DNA of 59,452 nt, from NCBI RefSeq assembly GCF_001194135.2, contig NC_069000.1, positions 20,213,444 through 20,272,895 on the forward strand, written 5' to 3'. The notes beneath the pieces are model-generated. The model had not been told where the DNA came from. It did not search any database and saw only the letters and a list, made by a program, of their open reading frames with translations. Below are positions 11,336 through 24,509 of this stretch, piece by piece. Within the stretch, counting starts at the first letter, position 1. Every line of letters starts with the position of its first letter. The position numbers and the translations under genes are program-made. This stretch comes from Octopus bimaculoides. Taxonomy: Eukaryota.

Positions 11336-11566
11336 CGTGTGTATGTGTGTGTATATGTTTGTGTGTCTGTGTTTGTCCCCCCAACATCGCTTGACAACCG
11401 ATGGTGGTGAGTTTACGTCGCCGTAACTTAGCGGTTCGGTAAAAGAGACCGATAGAATAAGTACTAGGCTTACAAAGAATAAGTCCTGGGGTCGATTAGC
11501 TCGACTAAAATGCGGTGCTCCAGCATGGCCACAGTCAAATGACTGAAACAAGTAAAAGAGTAAAGA
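11128..11566 (+). mobile_element. SINE family A, full length
   Basis: ggtgcaggagtggctgtgtggtaagtagcttgc...[(TA)n(TG)n]...cagcatggccacagtcaaatgactgaaacaagtaaaagagtaaagag. Confidence 0.9.
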
Positions 11567-11679
11567 GTATATATATATATATACATATGTGTGTGTGTCT
11601 GTGTGTGTAACGGGCTCTTTCAGTGTGTATGCGCGTGTGCGCGTGTATCTGAATGCATAGATACACACATTCGTCTGTG

Positions 11680-11890
11680 CCTTTGTATTGGTCCAACACC
11701 ACCGCTTGGCAACCGGTGTTGGTATGTTTACGTCCCCCTAAATTTAAAAGTTCGGCAATAGAGACTAACAGAATTAGTACCAGACTTTTTCAAAATGTAA
11801 TTATTAGACTCGATTCCTTCGACTAAAACTCTTAAAGGCAGTGCTCCAGCATGGCCATTATCCAATGAGTGAAACAAGTAAAAGATAAAA
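11680..11890 (+). mobile_element. SINE family A, 3' half
   Basis: caccgcttggcaaccggtgttggtatgtttacgtcccc...ccagcatggcc...gaaacaagtaaaagat. Confidence 0.75.
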
Positions 11891-12049
11891 TATGAATTTA
11901 TTTCCTCAATCACAGAATACTTAAAAAGCAAAGTTGGATCTGACGTGATTTGAACCCTGAACACAAAGAACCAAAACTATAAGAGATAAAACACCCAACT
12001 AAATACCGTAAGGCTTTGTTCTTTCAGTTTTATTTTCTTATTTTGGAAT

Positions 12050-12372
12050 GCCAGACGATGAACGAGACGACCAGCCAGCAAGCCATCCAACCAGCTGTCT
12101 GTTGCCTGTCGTCTGCATGTCATTGAAAAAGCCAGATAAACCCTACAATCAGACGACTATCGAACTACTCAGCCAGCAAGTTTCCCAGCCAACCATTAAA
12201 TCATCGTACCGACCATCGAGCCCGCCAACCAGCCAGTCGTTCAGCGATTAACCCTGACAACCAACGTAAAAGCCAAAAAACCATTAAACTTACCAATCTG
12301 CTAGACAAGCCATCAAACTTACCAACGGGCTAGGCAGTTAGACAAACGTTAAATCAGTTAAATAATCAGAGA

Positions 12373-12460
<88 letters not shown>

Positions 12461-12835
12461 CAACTATCAATCCATCAAAACAACCGACTAACCAACGAAC
12501 TAAACAGCCAGTCAGCAAACTAACAATGCAACCATCAAACGAACCAAACAGCCAGACGGCCAGCCAGCATACTTGTCAACAAGCCAACCAGCTAGTTAAC
12601 CGTTGAACCAACCAGTTAACCATCTAACCGTCAAATATTCAATCCAACCAGTCAGCCAACCAGCCAACCAGCCAACAAACCAACCGTCTAGCCAACCAGC
12701 CAGCCAGCCAGCCAGCCAGCCGACCGACCGATTGACCAGCCGACTAACCAGCCAGTCAGCCAGCCGACCATTCAACCAACCGACCGACTAACTGGGCAGA
12801 CAGGCAACCAGCCAGACAGCTAGACTACGACTGAA
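12050..12835. repeat. Degenerate (CCAR/CAAC/CGAC)n tetranucleotide region with an embedded (GA)n tract at ~12369-12458
   Basis: Directly visible low-complexity sequence. Confidence 0.8.
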
Positions 12836-12899
12836 TACGATTATGATTAAAAAATAGTAATAAAACAATAAGAGAAACAAAAAAGAAAGGAAAACACAT

Positions 12900-13005
12900 T
12901 CAGCGCCATTTTGCAAAGTAACTGGCATCCATCGTGTGCTGCCACCTAGCGACAAACACTGACACTTGCGTGATAATTCCTCAGTTAGCGACTGGTGGGC
13001 GGAGA
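12900..13005. promoter_or_regulatory. Candidate regulatory island: YY1-like, CTCF-like and GC-box motifs
   Basis: CGCCATTTTG at 12904-12913 (YY1 core on the minus strand); TGCTGCCACCTAGCGAC at 12937-12953 (CTCF-like); GGGCGG at 12997-13002. Confidence 0.35.
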
Positions 13006-13149
13006 CAAGAATGTCTGGCAACGTTTGTCTGTCTTGTCTACTGAAATAGTGCGTCTCTGTTAATAGAAGCAATCGCAGAGAAGAAACAACAGCTAAAGTA
13101 CTTGGCCATGTTCTCTGTTTATTTCTTAATAGGATTTTACACAACTTAA

Positions 13150-13363
13150 ATTCCTCTCACTCACACCTCTCTCCTCTAGTCACTTTCTTTCTTTCTTGCT
13201 TTCCTTGTTTGTTTGCTTGTCTCTTTCTTTCTTTTCTTTCTTTCTGTCTTCCTGTCTGTCTGTCTCTCTCTCCCTCCCCCCTCTCTCTCTGTCTCTCTCT
13301 CTCTGTCTCTCTCTCTCTGTCTCTCTCTCTCTCTGTCTCTCTCTCTCTGTCTCTCTCTCTGTC

Positions 13364-13394
<31 letters not shown>

Positions 13395-13399
13395 GTCTC

Positions 13400-13430
<31 letters not shown>

Positions 13431-13518
13431 TATATGGACGTTTTTTTTTCTTCTCTCATAAATGCATTCTCCGTCTTCAGTTATTTTCTCTTGTTTTCTT
13501 CGCTGTCTTTCCCTGATT

Positions 13519-13563
<45 letters not shown>

Positions 13564-13824
13564 CACCACCACCACCACCACCAATTCCTTCACTTTCCTT
13601 GCAATACTTTCCCTTTCTCTTTCCATTCTACCTCTCTCTCTCTTTCTACTCTCTTTCTACTCCCTCTCTCTTTCTACTCTCTCTCTCTTTCTACTCTTTC
13701 TCTTTCTACTCTCTCTCTCTCTCCCCCTCGCTTATCACGCTTTGCTTTCTTCCACTCTCTGTTCCCTCCCACCCCGTCTAACTTTAGCGGTGTGTCTCTC
13801 TACAAATTCCTTAATTCTTTACCA

Positions 13825-13874
<50 letters not shown>

Positions 13875-13943
13875 AATTTCGTCTTACTTCTTCGTGTCTT
13901 CTTCTTCCTCTCCCTCTTTTATATCTCTCTCTTTTCTTATTTT

Positions 13944-13974
<31 letters not shown>

Positions 13975-14250
13975 CATGTGTGTGTATGTGTGTGTGCGTG
14001 TGTTATATATGTATGTATATATGCTATATATGTATATATACATGCTTGTGTATGCATGAGTTTATGTATTATGTAATATATGTATGAGCGTGTGTGATGT
14101 ATCTTCCTGTATGTATGTATATATGTATGAATGAATGTATGTGTGTGTATGTATGTGTGAATGTATGCATGTATGAATGTATGTATGTATGAATGAATGT
14201 ATGTGTGTATGTATGTGTGTGTATGCATGTATGAATGTATGTATGTATGT

Positions 14251-14283
<33 letters not shown>

Positions 14284-14393
14284 CGAATGAATGGATATAT
14301 GAGTGTATGTATTGATGGTTGTATGGACGCATGTATATGTCTGTGTTTCCGTCTGAATGACTGTATATGTGCATGTACGAGTGTATATATATT

Positions 14394-14485
<92 letters not shown>

Positions 14486-15062
14486 TATAGATATATATAT
14501 CATTGTGTCTGCTTATCTCATCCCCTCTGTGTGTACATGTTTGTCTGTGTTTATATGTGTGTGTTTGCCAATATGTAGTTGTGTGTGTGTGTGTGTGTGT
14601 ATGTGGGTGTGTGTGGAGGTATGTTTGTATTTGTGTCTGATGCGTTAATGAAAACAGTAAAAACAAAAACAAAGGCGATTACAATAACAATTTTCTCCTC
14701 TTCTTCTTACCTCCTCCACATCCTTTTCCTCCTCACCCCTCCTCCTCTTCTTTCCTTGTCTCCTCCTTCTCTTCCTCCAAATCTCCCCCTCCTTCCCCCT
14801 CCTCCTCTTCCTCCTCCTCTTCCTCCACTCCACCATTTTTTGTTTTTATCTGCTTTTATCATAAATACTTTATTCAAATATAGTCATCAACATTGTCGGT
14901 GTCTGTTAAAAGTCTAGGTTGCACACTTTCCTATTCCTGCCTTCTACTCACCACTCCGTCTCCCTCCCACTTTCTCTCACTCTTCCTCTTCCCTTTTCAA
15001 ATTGCATTTCTATATTTCTATAGCTTACTCTATATTACGTTAGCGTATTCTATCTTAACCAT

Positions 15063-15106
<44 letters not shown>

Positions 15107-15238
15107 GCTCGCTTTCTCATTCTCTGCCATTGAAATGTGAGAAAACCTATCTTTCGCTTTTCAATAGAAGAGAAGAGAATTTTTTTCAAAAGTTGCCACA
15201 CCCACTTTCCACTATTCTTTTTACCCTTCTCCCTCAAT

Positions 15239-15283
<45 letters not shown>

Positions 15284-15371
15284 ACATACATACATACATA
15301 CATACATACATACACATATGTTTCTATGAACGTATATGTATATATGTATGTATGTATGTAACTTTCAATCA

Positions 15372-15405
<34 letters not shown>

Positions 15406-15494
15406 ACATACATACATACATACATACATACATACATACATACATACGCATATGTTTCTATGTATGTATGTATGTATGTATAAATGCATGTATG

Positions 15495-15525
<31 letters not shown>

Positions 15526-15545
15526 TTATATGTGTGTGTATTGAT
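13150..15545. repeat. Compound microsatellite field: (CT)n, (CTA/CCA)n, (TG)n, (TATG)n, (TA)n, (TCTA)n, (TACA)n
   Basis: Directly visible. Confidence 0.95.
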
Positions 15546-15908
15546 ATTCAATTGTGCCTATCGATATAATCGGTAGGTCGGTCGATTCCTGCCTGTGCGC
15601 GTGCGCGCGTATGTGTTTGTGGGTGGGAGGCTAATAAAATCATTCTATTTACTATAGGTACAGGACCTGAAATTTGGGGAGAAAAGGGCCCTCCTGGATA
15701 AGATTTACCCCAGGTGTTGACTAGCATATTAATAACATTAAACTTGACAAAAGTATGGCTGTTACGTAATCGACTCAATTGGATTATAAAGTTTGCGGCT
15801 ATGAACAATCGTACATCCAGAGCTGAGTTGTCGAATATACAATTGCACACATATGGTCATGTATGATAATATATTATACTTAAACGTACGCACACTCTAA
15901 AACACAGG

Positions 15909-15954
<46 letters not shown>

Positions 15955-16953
15955 NNNNNNNNNNNNNNNNNNNNNNNNNNNNNNNNNNNNNNNNNNNNNN
16001 NNNNNNNNNNNNNNNNNNNNNNNNNNNNNNNNNNNNNNNNNNNNNNNNNNNNNNNNNNNNNNNNNNNNNNNNNNNNNNNNNNNNNNNNNNNNNNNNNNNN
16101 NNNNNNNNNNNNNNNNNNNNNNNNNNNNNNNNNNNNNNNNNNNNNNNNNNNNNNNNNNNNNNNNNNNNNNNNNNNNNNNNNNNNNNNNNNNNNNNNNNNN
16201 NNNNNNNNNNNNNNNNNNNNNNNNNNNNNNNNNNNNNNNNNNNNNNNNNNNNNNNNNNNNNNNNNNNNNNNNNNNNNNNNNNNNNNNNNNNNNNNNNNNN
16301 NNNNNNNNNNNNNNNNNNNNNNNNNNNNNNNNNNNNNNNNNNNNNNNNNNNNNNNNNNNNNNNNNNNNNNNNNNNNNNNNNNNNNNNNNNNNNNNNNNNN
16401 NNNNNNNNNNNNNNNNNNNNNNNNNNNNNNNNNNNNNNNNNNNNNNNNNNNNNNNNNNNNNNNNNNNNNNNNNNNNNNNNNNNNNNNNNNNNNNNNNNNN
16501 NNNNNNNNNNNNNNNNNNNNNNNNNNNNNNNNNNNNNNNNNNNNNNNNNNNNNNNNNNNNNNNNNNNNNNNNNNNNNNNNNNNNNNNNNNNNNNNNNNNN
16601 NNNNNNNNNNNNNNNNNNNNNNNNNNNNNNNNNNNNNNNNNNNNNNNNNNNNNNNNNNNNNNNNNNNNNNNNNNNNNNNNNNNNNNNNNNNNNATAAGAT
16701 ACACACTCGCACTTACATTGCAGACGGTTGTATTTATTTATTTATTTATACACAATAGAAAGAAGAGCAGAAAGAGAGATAACCCAGGGGAGACGTAGCT
16801 TAATAGCCAGAATTAACGGTAACAACAAAAATCGCAAGAACAATTTTAGCAAGAACGAAAACGACAGTGACAACAAAAGCATCTTATTTGGAACTGAGAT
16901 TATAAATTTCTCAAAGGAACTGACCATTAATTCTCATCTCTGATGCATAACTG

Positions 16954-17290
16954 CGCTGTTGTTGTTGTTATTGTTGTTTGTTTGTACCTTCTCGAGCCGG
17001 TTTGTACCTTCTCATTGTACCGGTTTCCCCGGTTTCATCGGCGTATAGGTTACCCACCTGGACGGGGGACGTCGGTCCGTCGCAGGTGAGCTGCTATTTG
17101 CAGTAGGAAAAAGTGAGAGAAAGTTGTGGTGAAAGGGTCAACAGAGGTTCGCCATTGCCTTCTGCCGGAGCCGCGTGGAGCTTAGGTGTTTCGCTTATAA
17201 ACACACACCACATCGCCCAGTCTGAAATGCGAACCCACGATCCCTCGACCGTGAGTTCGCTCTTTTAACCACTAGGCCATGTGCCTCCAC
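16954..17290 (-). mobile_element. tRNA-headed SINE (family C head, different 3' part) with a 12-bp target-site duplication
   Basis: TSD gatgcataactg at 16942-16953 and 17291-17302; minus-strand head gtggaggcacatggcctagtggttaaaag...gggttcgcatttc; (CAA)n tail. Confidence 0.85.
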
Positions 17291-17767
17291 GATGCATAAC
17301 TGTAACTGATATTATTGCTATGTTTGTTATCATTGTTGCTGTTGTTGTGGCTAATAATTGTTGTTGTTGTTGTTGCTCACCTCGCTATTGAGTTTACGTA
17401 ACTGTTGGTCATCTTTTCTTTTTCTCCTCTGTATTGTATATATGTGACCCGTTGTGAGTACTTGTGTGTATCTTTGTTAACTTTAGTGGCCTTCGTATCG
17501 AACTTTCTATCTTCTGTTTTCTCCATCCAACTACTTAGGACTTTGTCATGATGTGTTCTGTACTGTGAGTAATTTGCATAAATGGGGGATATAACTTAGC
17601 TCTATATTTTGTAAATTTCTCTGAAAACACTGGCAATGGTAGAATGGTAAGATTGTGCAACAATCGCAAAACAATTGCGTAATTTTGTCAGTTCAGTTCT
17701 GAAACGTGTGTAGAATTCTTTTGTAAAGACTGATATGCCAAATGCATTTTCTGTATTTTTATTAATA

Positions 17768-17832
<65 letters not shown>

Positions 17833-18460
17833 NNNNNNNNNNNNNNNNNNNNNNNNNNNNNNNNNNNNNNNNNNNNNNNNNNNNNNNNNNNNNNNNNNNN
17901 NNNNNNNNNNNNNNNNNNNNNNNNNNNNNNNNNNNNNNNNNNNNNNNNNNNNNNNNNNNNNNNNNNNNNNNNNNNNNNNNNNNNNNNNNNNNNNNNNNNN
18001 NNNNNNNNNNNNNNNNNNNNNNNNNNNNNNNNNNNNNNNNNNNNNNNNNNNNNNNNNNNNNNNNNNNNNNNNNNNNNNNNNNNNNNNNNNNNNNNNNNNN
18101 NNNNNNNNNNNNNNNNNNNNNNNNNNNNNNNNNNNNNNNNNNNNNNNNNNNNNNNNNNNNNNNNNNNNNNNNNNNNNNNNNNNNNNNNNNNNNNNNNNNN
18201 NNNNNNNNNNNNNNNNNNNNNNNNNNNNNNNNNNNNNNNNNNNNNNNNNNNNNNNNNNNNNNNNNNNNNNNNNNNNNNNNNNNNNNNNNNNNNNNNNNNN
18301 NNNNNNNNNNNNNNNNNNNNNNNNNNNNNNNNNNNNNNNNNNNNNNNNNNNNNNNNNNNNNNNNNNNNNNNNNNNNNNNNNNNNNNNNNNNNNNNNNNNN
18401 NNNNNNNNNNNNNNNNNNNNNNNNNNNNNNNNNNNNNNNNNNNNNNNNNNNNNNNNNNNN

Positions 18461-18519
<59 letters not shown>

Positions 18520-18559
18520 GAGAGAGAGAGAGAGAGAGTGAGAGAGAGAGAGAGAAAGA

Positions 18560-19492
18560 AGAAAATTGCTCCGAAAGTAATGCAAAATAGCAGGCATAAC
18601 TTTTCTATCGGTTAACATAGGTCATTAAAATTGATTACGTTAATAGAATGGTGGCACTTTATAACAAATATTTTCTGCTCTTCGTTGCAGGAAAATGATG
18701 GGCTCGATGCAGAAGCAACAAACCACCATTGATCCCTTGGCGAAGGAAGGGTCCAAACTGTTCGATATCCACAGAAAGCTGCAGGTTGTTACTGAAATGA
18801 CGCCACTGGCAAGATGGACTCATGTTTTTGTCGGATAGCTTATGGTCTGGAAATGGAGATTTGGTTCTCAGTGTGGCGTCATACATCTTCTCCGAAACCT
18901 AAGAATTTCAACAGCGAGCGATGGGCACAGAAAGTCACGGTGACTGTTCTTTGGGATGGTAAAAGCGACATTTTCCGTGATTTTCTTTTGTAACGTGAAC
19001 AGGTGTATAGTGAGACAGATAAAAACCTTAGTGAAGGCATCAGGTGGAAGAGACCGAAGAAGAATCTGGAAACGTTTCACATTCACCGTAACGGTGTGTG
19101 ACGACGTCTTTGGCAACGGATCAAGTATTCAGCGAACTGAACCAGTCATGGTTCCCTGCGTCAACGTACAGCCTAGTTTGTCCCATTTCGATTTTCTTTT
19201 GTTCGATGCACTGAAAGACAATCGTGGAAGACGAGGATTTGATGACACAGACGATGTCAAAATGGCTGGGGAGAAGTTAGCACAAGAGTGCATACCCTAA
19301 TTATGACAACGAAGATCTAAGGGTTGGGTTCAACGTTGGCGGAAGTGCACCGCTTGTAATGGAGACTATGGTGGAGTAATATCTGCGTATAGAGAAAGAG
19401 TTACTCAACCAACAGATACTCTTCGAATGACCTTCGTCTGTTAATAAGGGTTATGCTCATATTTGCATAAGATTTTGGGACGACCCTTGTAT
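18560..19492 (+). mobile_element. Decayed mariner element with degenerate TIRs
   Basis: QKVTVTVLWDGKSDIFRDF and PSLSHFDFLLFDALKD...FDDTDDVK (YSPDLAPSD region). The right end reads tacaagggtcgtcccaaaatcttatgcaaat on the minus strand and resembles ccgaaagtaatgcaaaat at ~18570. Confidence 0.75.
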
Positions 19493-19603
19493 TTACATAT
19501 CGATGCAGAGACATATAGAGTGTCATGCATACATACACACAAGCATGCATACATACATGCATATAAATGGCATATAACATTAACATTATACACACACATA
19601 TGT

Positions 19604-19702
<99 letters not shown>

Positions 19703-19799
19703 CGCGTTTGTGTGTATTTATATGAGCATATTGCGTATATATATAGATATACCATATTTTAATAATTATGTAATTATTAAAATATTTGTAAAATTTTTC

Positions 19800-21110
19800 T
19801 ATAAGGTTTTTATTTCCGCGTTGATCCACTGGTAAAATCAATAATGATTTCTGCCCTTTGTTATAATAGATATACCGTAGATATATTCCGTTGGAAGCAA
19901 ATTTCTGTCGTAATTAAAGATTGGGAAAATTATTAATAGAATAATTTCATATAATTCACAAATTGTTGATCCCTCAGGTATAAAATTCTTCATATTTCGA
20001 AGCAAAGAAATACTCAATACCATTTTCGCAATTGATAATCTGGTTTCATGCTAAATAATGTTGCAATGACCTAAGACGATGATCGTCAGATGCATCAAGG
20101 TCAGGGAAGTAAGGTGGATGAGGCAAAACTTCCATATTGAGTGCCATAATCTTCTCCTGAGTAGTTTGGGCAAAATATGGTCTTGCATTATTGTATAAAA
20201 GAGACACCTCTTTACGACTGACAAATGATTGACGCGTTTTTCTGCAAATTTTGTGCAATGCTTTCAATTGACAATACTTATCCGCATTAACTGTTTCGTC
20301 TTGTTTTAGAATCTCATGATAGACGACACCCTTCATACCCCATCAAACGTAGAGAATACCCTTGTTTGGGTATGTATTCTGCTTTTACATTGGCTGCTAT
20401 CTATTGTCGTTTTCGCTTTTATTAATCCTCGTGTAGCTTGCTTTGGGTTTTCCTCAACAATGACTTTCAGAAACTTAGTTATTGACAGGCATATTGAGTG
20501 GGAATTATAAGAGAACATTTTTCCGAGCGAGCCTGGCCAAACCATTGTTGGCGTGTTTAGACATTTAATTCAGTGGTTCTCAAACATCTTTTACCTATGG
20601 CCTCCTCTGATTACTATTTTACTGTGGTAGACTTCCATAGTCTCTCGGTATTTAAAAACTTGTTTTATTCATACTTATTTCAACATTCCTGTTTTGTTTT
20701 TCAAACCTTAACCTGTGTAGTTTGAACTATATAAAACGTTAGAGAAAGAACGCTGGATGTTTCTTGCAATAAAAACATCTAAAGGAAATTTTTTTCATGG
20801 ACCCTTAATATACTACGCTGGGTCCTCATTTTACTATTCTTCTTGCGTGAACACCCAAAAATCTTATATGGACCCCCAGAGATCGTATAGAGTCCGGTTG
20901 AGAACCACTGACTTAAATCTTCATTTCCAAAGACAGAACAAATACTTTTTGTCGCTTCTATTGCTGAAAAGCTCCATTAGAATTCATTCAACATGCAGTG
21001 TCTGATGTGTCTCAGAAAAATTCATTTTAGAAGGGGTAAAATCGATAAAAAATTTAACCACTTTGGTTAAACTAATTTACAAAGAATGTAAAAGAAAACA
21101 TTAGAATGTA
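19800..21110 (-). mobile_element. Decayed near-full-length mariner, interrupted by a hAT MITE
   Basis: N-terminal HIRHCMLNEF (~20990-21020); central LKVIVEENPKQATRGL; catalytic LLYNNARPY...LPHPPYFPDLDASDDH (ORF 20046-20336). Confidence 0.85.
20571..20910. mobile_element. hAT (Charlie-like) MITE
   Basis: Perfect 13-bp TIRs CAGTGGTTCTCAA (20571-20583) and TTGAGAACCACTG (20898-20910); flanks atttaatt / acttaaat (6/8 match, decayed 8-bp TSD). Confidence 0.85.
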
Positions 21111-21652
21111 AAAAAAAAAATAATGCTCACTCAACCCTCTGAGTAGTTCTCCTTGGGGAAATCCTTAAGAAGTCTGTTCAAGGCTGTGATGCTGATATCC
21201 CCAACGTCATGTGGGAAGTTGTCTCTTTCATTTCCTTATATTTATTTATATATTAGTCTCTATGTCTCCACATTGTGCTATGAAAGATAGCAGTTCACTG
21301 TTTTTTTTTCTTGATATTAGCACAAAGTTGTATCTGGGTGGAGATGTTTATTTATTCGGGATTGTTTTTGTCCCGGTTGCTGGGCTTGTGTATTTGTCTG
21401 GTGGAGTTTCTCTTGTGTATTCGTTGCTGTTTCGTTTGTGAGTTTTCCTTTTGCTGCTATTAATGGAGGTGGTAGTGGCGCTAGTACACATGTGGATTTA
21501 GAGTTGGTTGGGCTCGGTGTGGAACTGGTATTGTTTTTTTTTTCCTTTTGTTTTTCGTTCAGTATTTAGTATTTTGATTTTCTTGGTTCCCCTCCTCATT
21601 ACCAGAGATGTGGTCGAAAGACTCAAACTCAGAAGTGGGTACAATAGATTGT

Positions 21653-21689
<37 letters not shown>

Positions 21690-22319
21690 TTTGTGCAAGT
21701 AAGAGTAGAGGAATTAGGTTCAGGTTAAGAGAGTGTTAGCATATTCACTGTGTGGCTTTTATTTTGTTACAACCATTGCGTCCCGCCAACTCAGTCGCTA
21801 TTTCATGCTGATGTTGGTCTAAATTGATGATGGTCTAAATTCTGCCACTATTGTTCTTTTTCTTTGCTTCTACCGTTGCTGCTGCTTCTGTTGCTGCATA
21901 TTGTTGTTGTTGCTGTTGTTGTTGTTGTTTAGTCGTTGTTGTTGTTGCTGTTGTTGGTTGTCTCGAGACTAAAGGTGAAATTATTCGGACTTTGAATTGC
22001 CAGCTCTTGAAAAACGTTCTTATCCATTCCACTCCCAGGAGAAGCGAAGATAGTATCACACGTACTGCACCTATCTGCGAATCTCCTACCTCTCTCTTCA
22101 GTTTTCTGGCTTTTGAAGCAGATCCTACATTTGCAACAAAATATGTTTTTCAAAACAAAATATGAAAATTTATCTAAGAAATTTGAGTTCCAAAGGCTCA
22201 AGAACAGACAAAACCAACCTGTCTTATAAACCAACCAGCCCTTTAAGTCCTGGTGGACTTTAAGAAATGTTATTTAACAAAATTTCAACAATTAAAACCT
22301 GTTAAAAATATAAACAGGT

Positions 22320-22450
22320 GAAAGGTCGTACGATCAACCCTACTAGTACTTATTCTATCGGTCTCTTTGCCGAACCACTTCGTTATAGGGACCTAAGAAC
22401 ATTCAGTTGTCATTCAGTGGTGGAAAAACAAAGACACAAACACACACACA
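22320..22450 (-). mobile_element. SINE family A, 3' half running into (CA)n
   Basis: tagtacttattctatcggtctctttgccgaaccac. Confidence 0.7.
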
Positions 22451-22459
22451 TAAATACAG

Positions 22460-22524
<65 letters not shown>

Positions 22525-22602
22525 NNNNNNNNNNNNNNNNNNNNNNNNNNNNNNNNNNNNNNNNNNNNNNNNNNNNNNNNNNNNNNNNNNNNNNNNNNNN
22601 NN

Positions 22603-22639
<37 letters not shown>

Positions 22640-23229
22640 ATGAACCGCTGAACGTTTGTGTTTCCAAACAGGATAAAAGAACTCAATACACGCTGTTAAA
22701 TTTTAGACGGTTATTGTCCAATTGTATTTCAGCAGTGATAAATAAGTTTTATCTAAAGCTTATTGTGCATACACTTCAATGTAACCCTACTAATATATAA
22801 TAGATTATAAGCTCCAAATTGAGATCCCAAACTTCATCCAACCCGCAACGGGAAGATCCGTGTTACATGTGGATTACTTGTGTTTTCTTTTTCTTTTTTT
22901 GTTTTGTTTTGCATGTTCTCCCAGTGTTCCCTGGCGCTCTAAGATCGGGAAGATTAATTCCGTTGACCTTCTGCTGAAGGAATCACATTCAGAAAAGATC
23001 TCAACAAGGAGAGGGGTACCACGTTCTGCAGTTGAACGAATACGTGTAGTTGTTAGTGAGAAGCCTGAAGGCTGCACATAATATGGGTGAGCGGTGGATA
23101 ATTTCTGTTAGTGAGTTTATGCTAATCACTCAGTAGAGTGGCCTTTCTCTGTATTGTCCAAGTTACCGATAGAAATTTTAGAGCGTCTTTCATATCCTAT
23201 TCAGTTAAATTGGAAAGAAAGTAGTGACA

Positions 23230-24200
23230 CATTTCAAAATGAAAAGGAAACAAAGCTTTGATCTTAATTGTTGTATTTAATCAATATTATATTTCTCTTC
23301 ATTAGTGATAGCATAATCCTACGTATTTGGCAAATTGTTGATACTTCAGGAGTAAGCTTCTTCAAGTTCCGAAACAACGAAATACTCAATATTATTTCTA
23401 ACGTCTTCACACTCAATAAACTGTCTTCATTCTGAATAATGTTACAATAATCTGAAAGATAAGTCTGATGGTGCAAGGAAGGAGGATGAGGCAAAACTCC
23501 CACATTTAGTGCCATAATCTTCTTGTGAGTGATTTGGTCGATATCTTATCCGTCTTAATTGATTCGTTCTGGTTTAACACTTCGTGATAGACAACTCCCT
23601 TTATATCCCAATAATTCAAAGCATAACTTTTTTTTCAAGAGTCTTGGTTTAGAGAAGTATCCTTTCTTCATTGGAAGCTAACCATTGTCATTTTCATTGA
23701 ACATGATTATAGAGAACCTATTTTCGTTGCCTGTGATGATTCTACGCAGGAAAGGTTCGATAACAAATCTTCTTGTAAATGATAAGCAGGGGATAACTCT
23801 CTCATTAAGCTAAAAAGCATTCAGAGGTCGAAGGACCCACTGATTAAGTTTAGTAATTTTGTTCTATTTCATTAAGGTATTTTATGATCGAAATGTGACT
23901 TGAAATGAACGGCTATGGTAACTCTCTTGCAGTTGGATTTTCCTGAACTATGGTTTCCAGACGCTCAATATTGAGAGAACTTGGTCGTCCACATCGAGGG
24001 GAATCTACAGGAGAAAATTTCTCGTGCAAAGCTGTTCAAACTATCATTAGCTTCTCTGGACACTTAAAGCTCCTAAAGATTCCCATTTGAATTCACACAG
24101 CATGCAGTGTCTTATTTTGATGTGATCGAAATTAATTCTCAAAAGGTAAAATGGATACAAATTTAAACAGTATGGTATAAAATAATCTGCAATGAAAGAA
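23230..24200 (-). mobile_element. Second decayed copy of the mariner family at 19800-21110
   Basis: ggcaaaactcccacatttagtgccataatcttc matches ~20122-20157; N-terminal KIRHCMLCEF at ~24090-24120; MALNVGVLPHPP. Confidence 0.75.
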
Positions 24201-24433
24201 AGGAAAAACACGAACGTAAAAGTTAATTCTTATTTTACTGCAGGTACTGAAAATCTGCCCTCAAAGAGATCATGTGAAAAACGCAACAGGACTTTCCTTC
24301 CAGCCTGACATAACTTGAGGATATAGTTTTTGTTTTCTGCTATCTTATCTTTACAATCTTAAGTTTTCTTTCTTGTTCACAACCCGAGTGTTAATATTCA
24401 ACTCTCTACTCGCCTACAACCCAAATTACAACA

Positions 24434-24509
<76 letters not shown>

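Noticed and set aside
13196-15569. Poly-LS, poly-YI, poly-HT, poly-CV and similar ORFs here and elsewhere
   Set aside because: Translations of di/tri/tetranucleotide microsatellites; no coding signal.
21200-21330. Minus-strand IAQCGDIETN, like a 2A/DxExNPGP motif
   Set aside because: The NPGP part is missing and there is no supporting ORF; at most a TE remnant.
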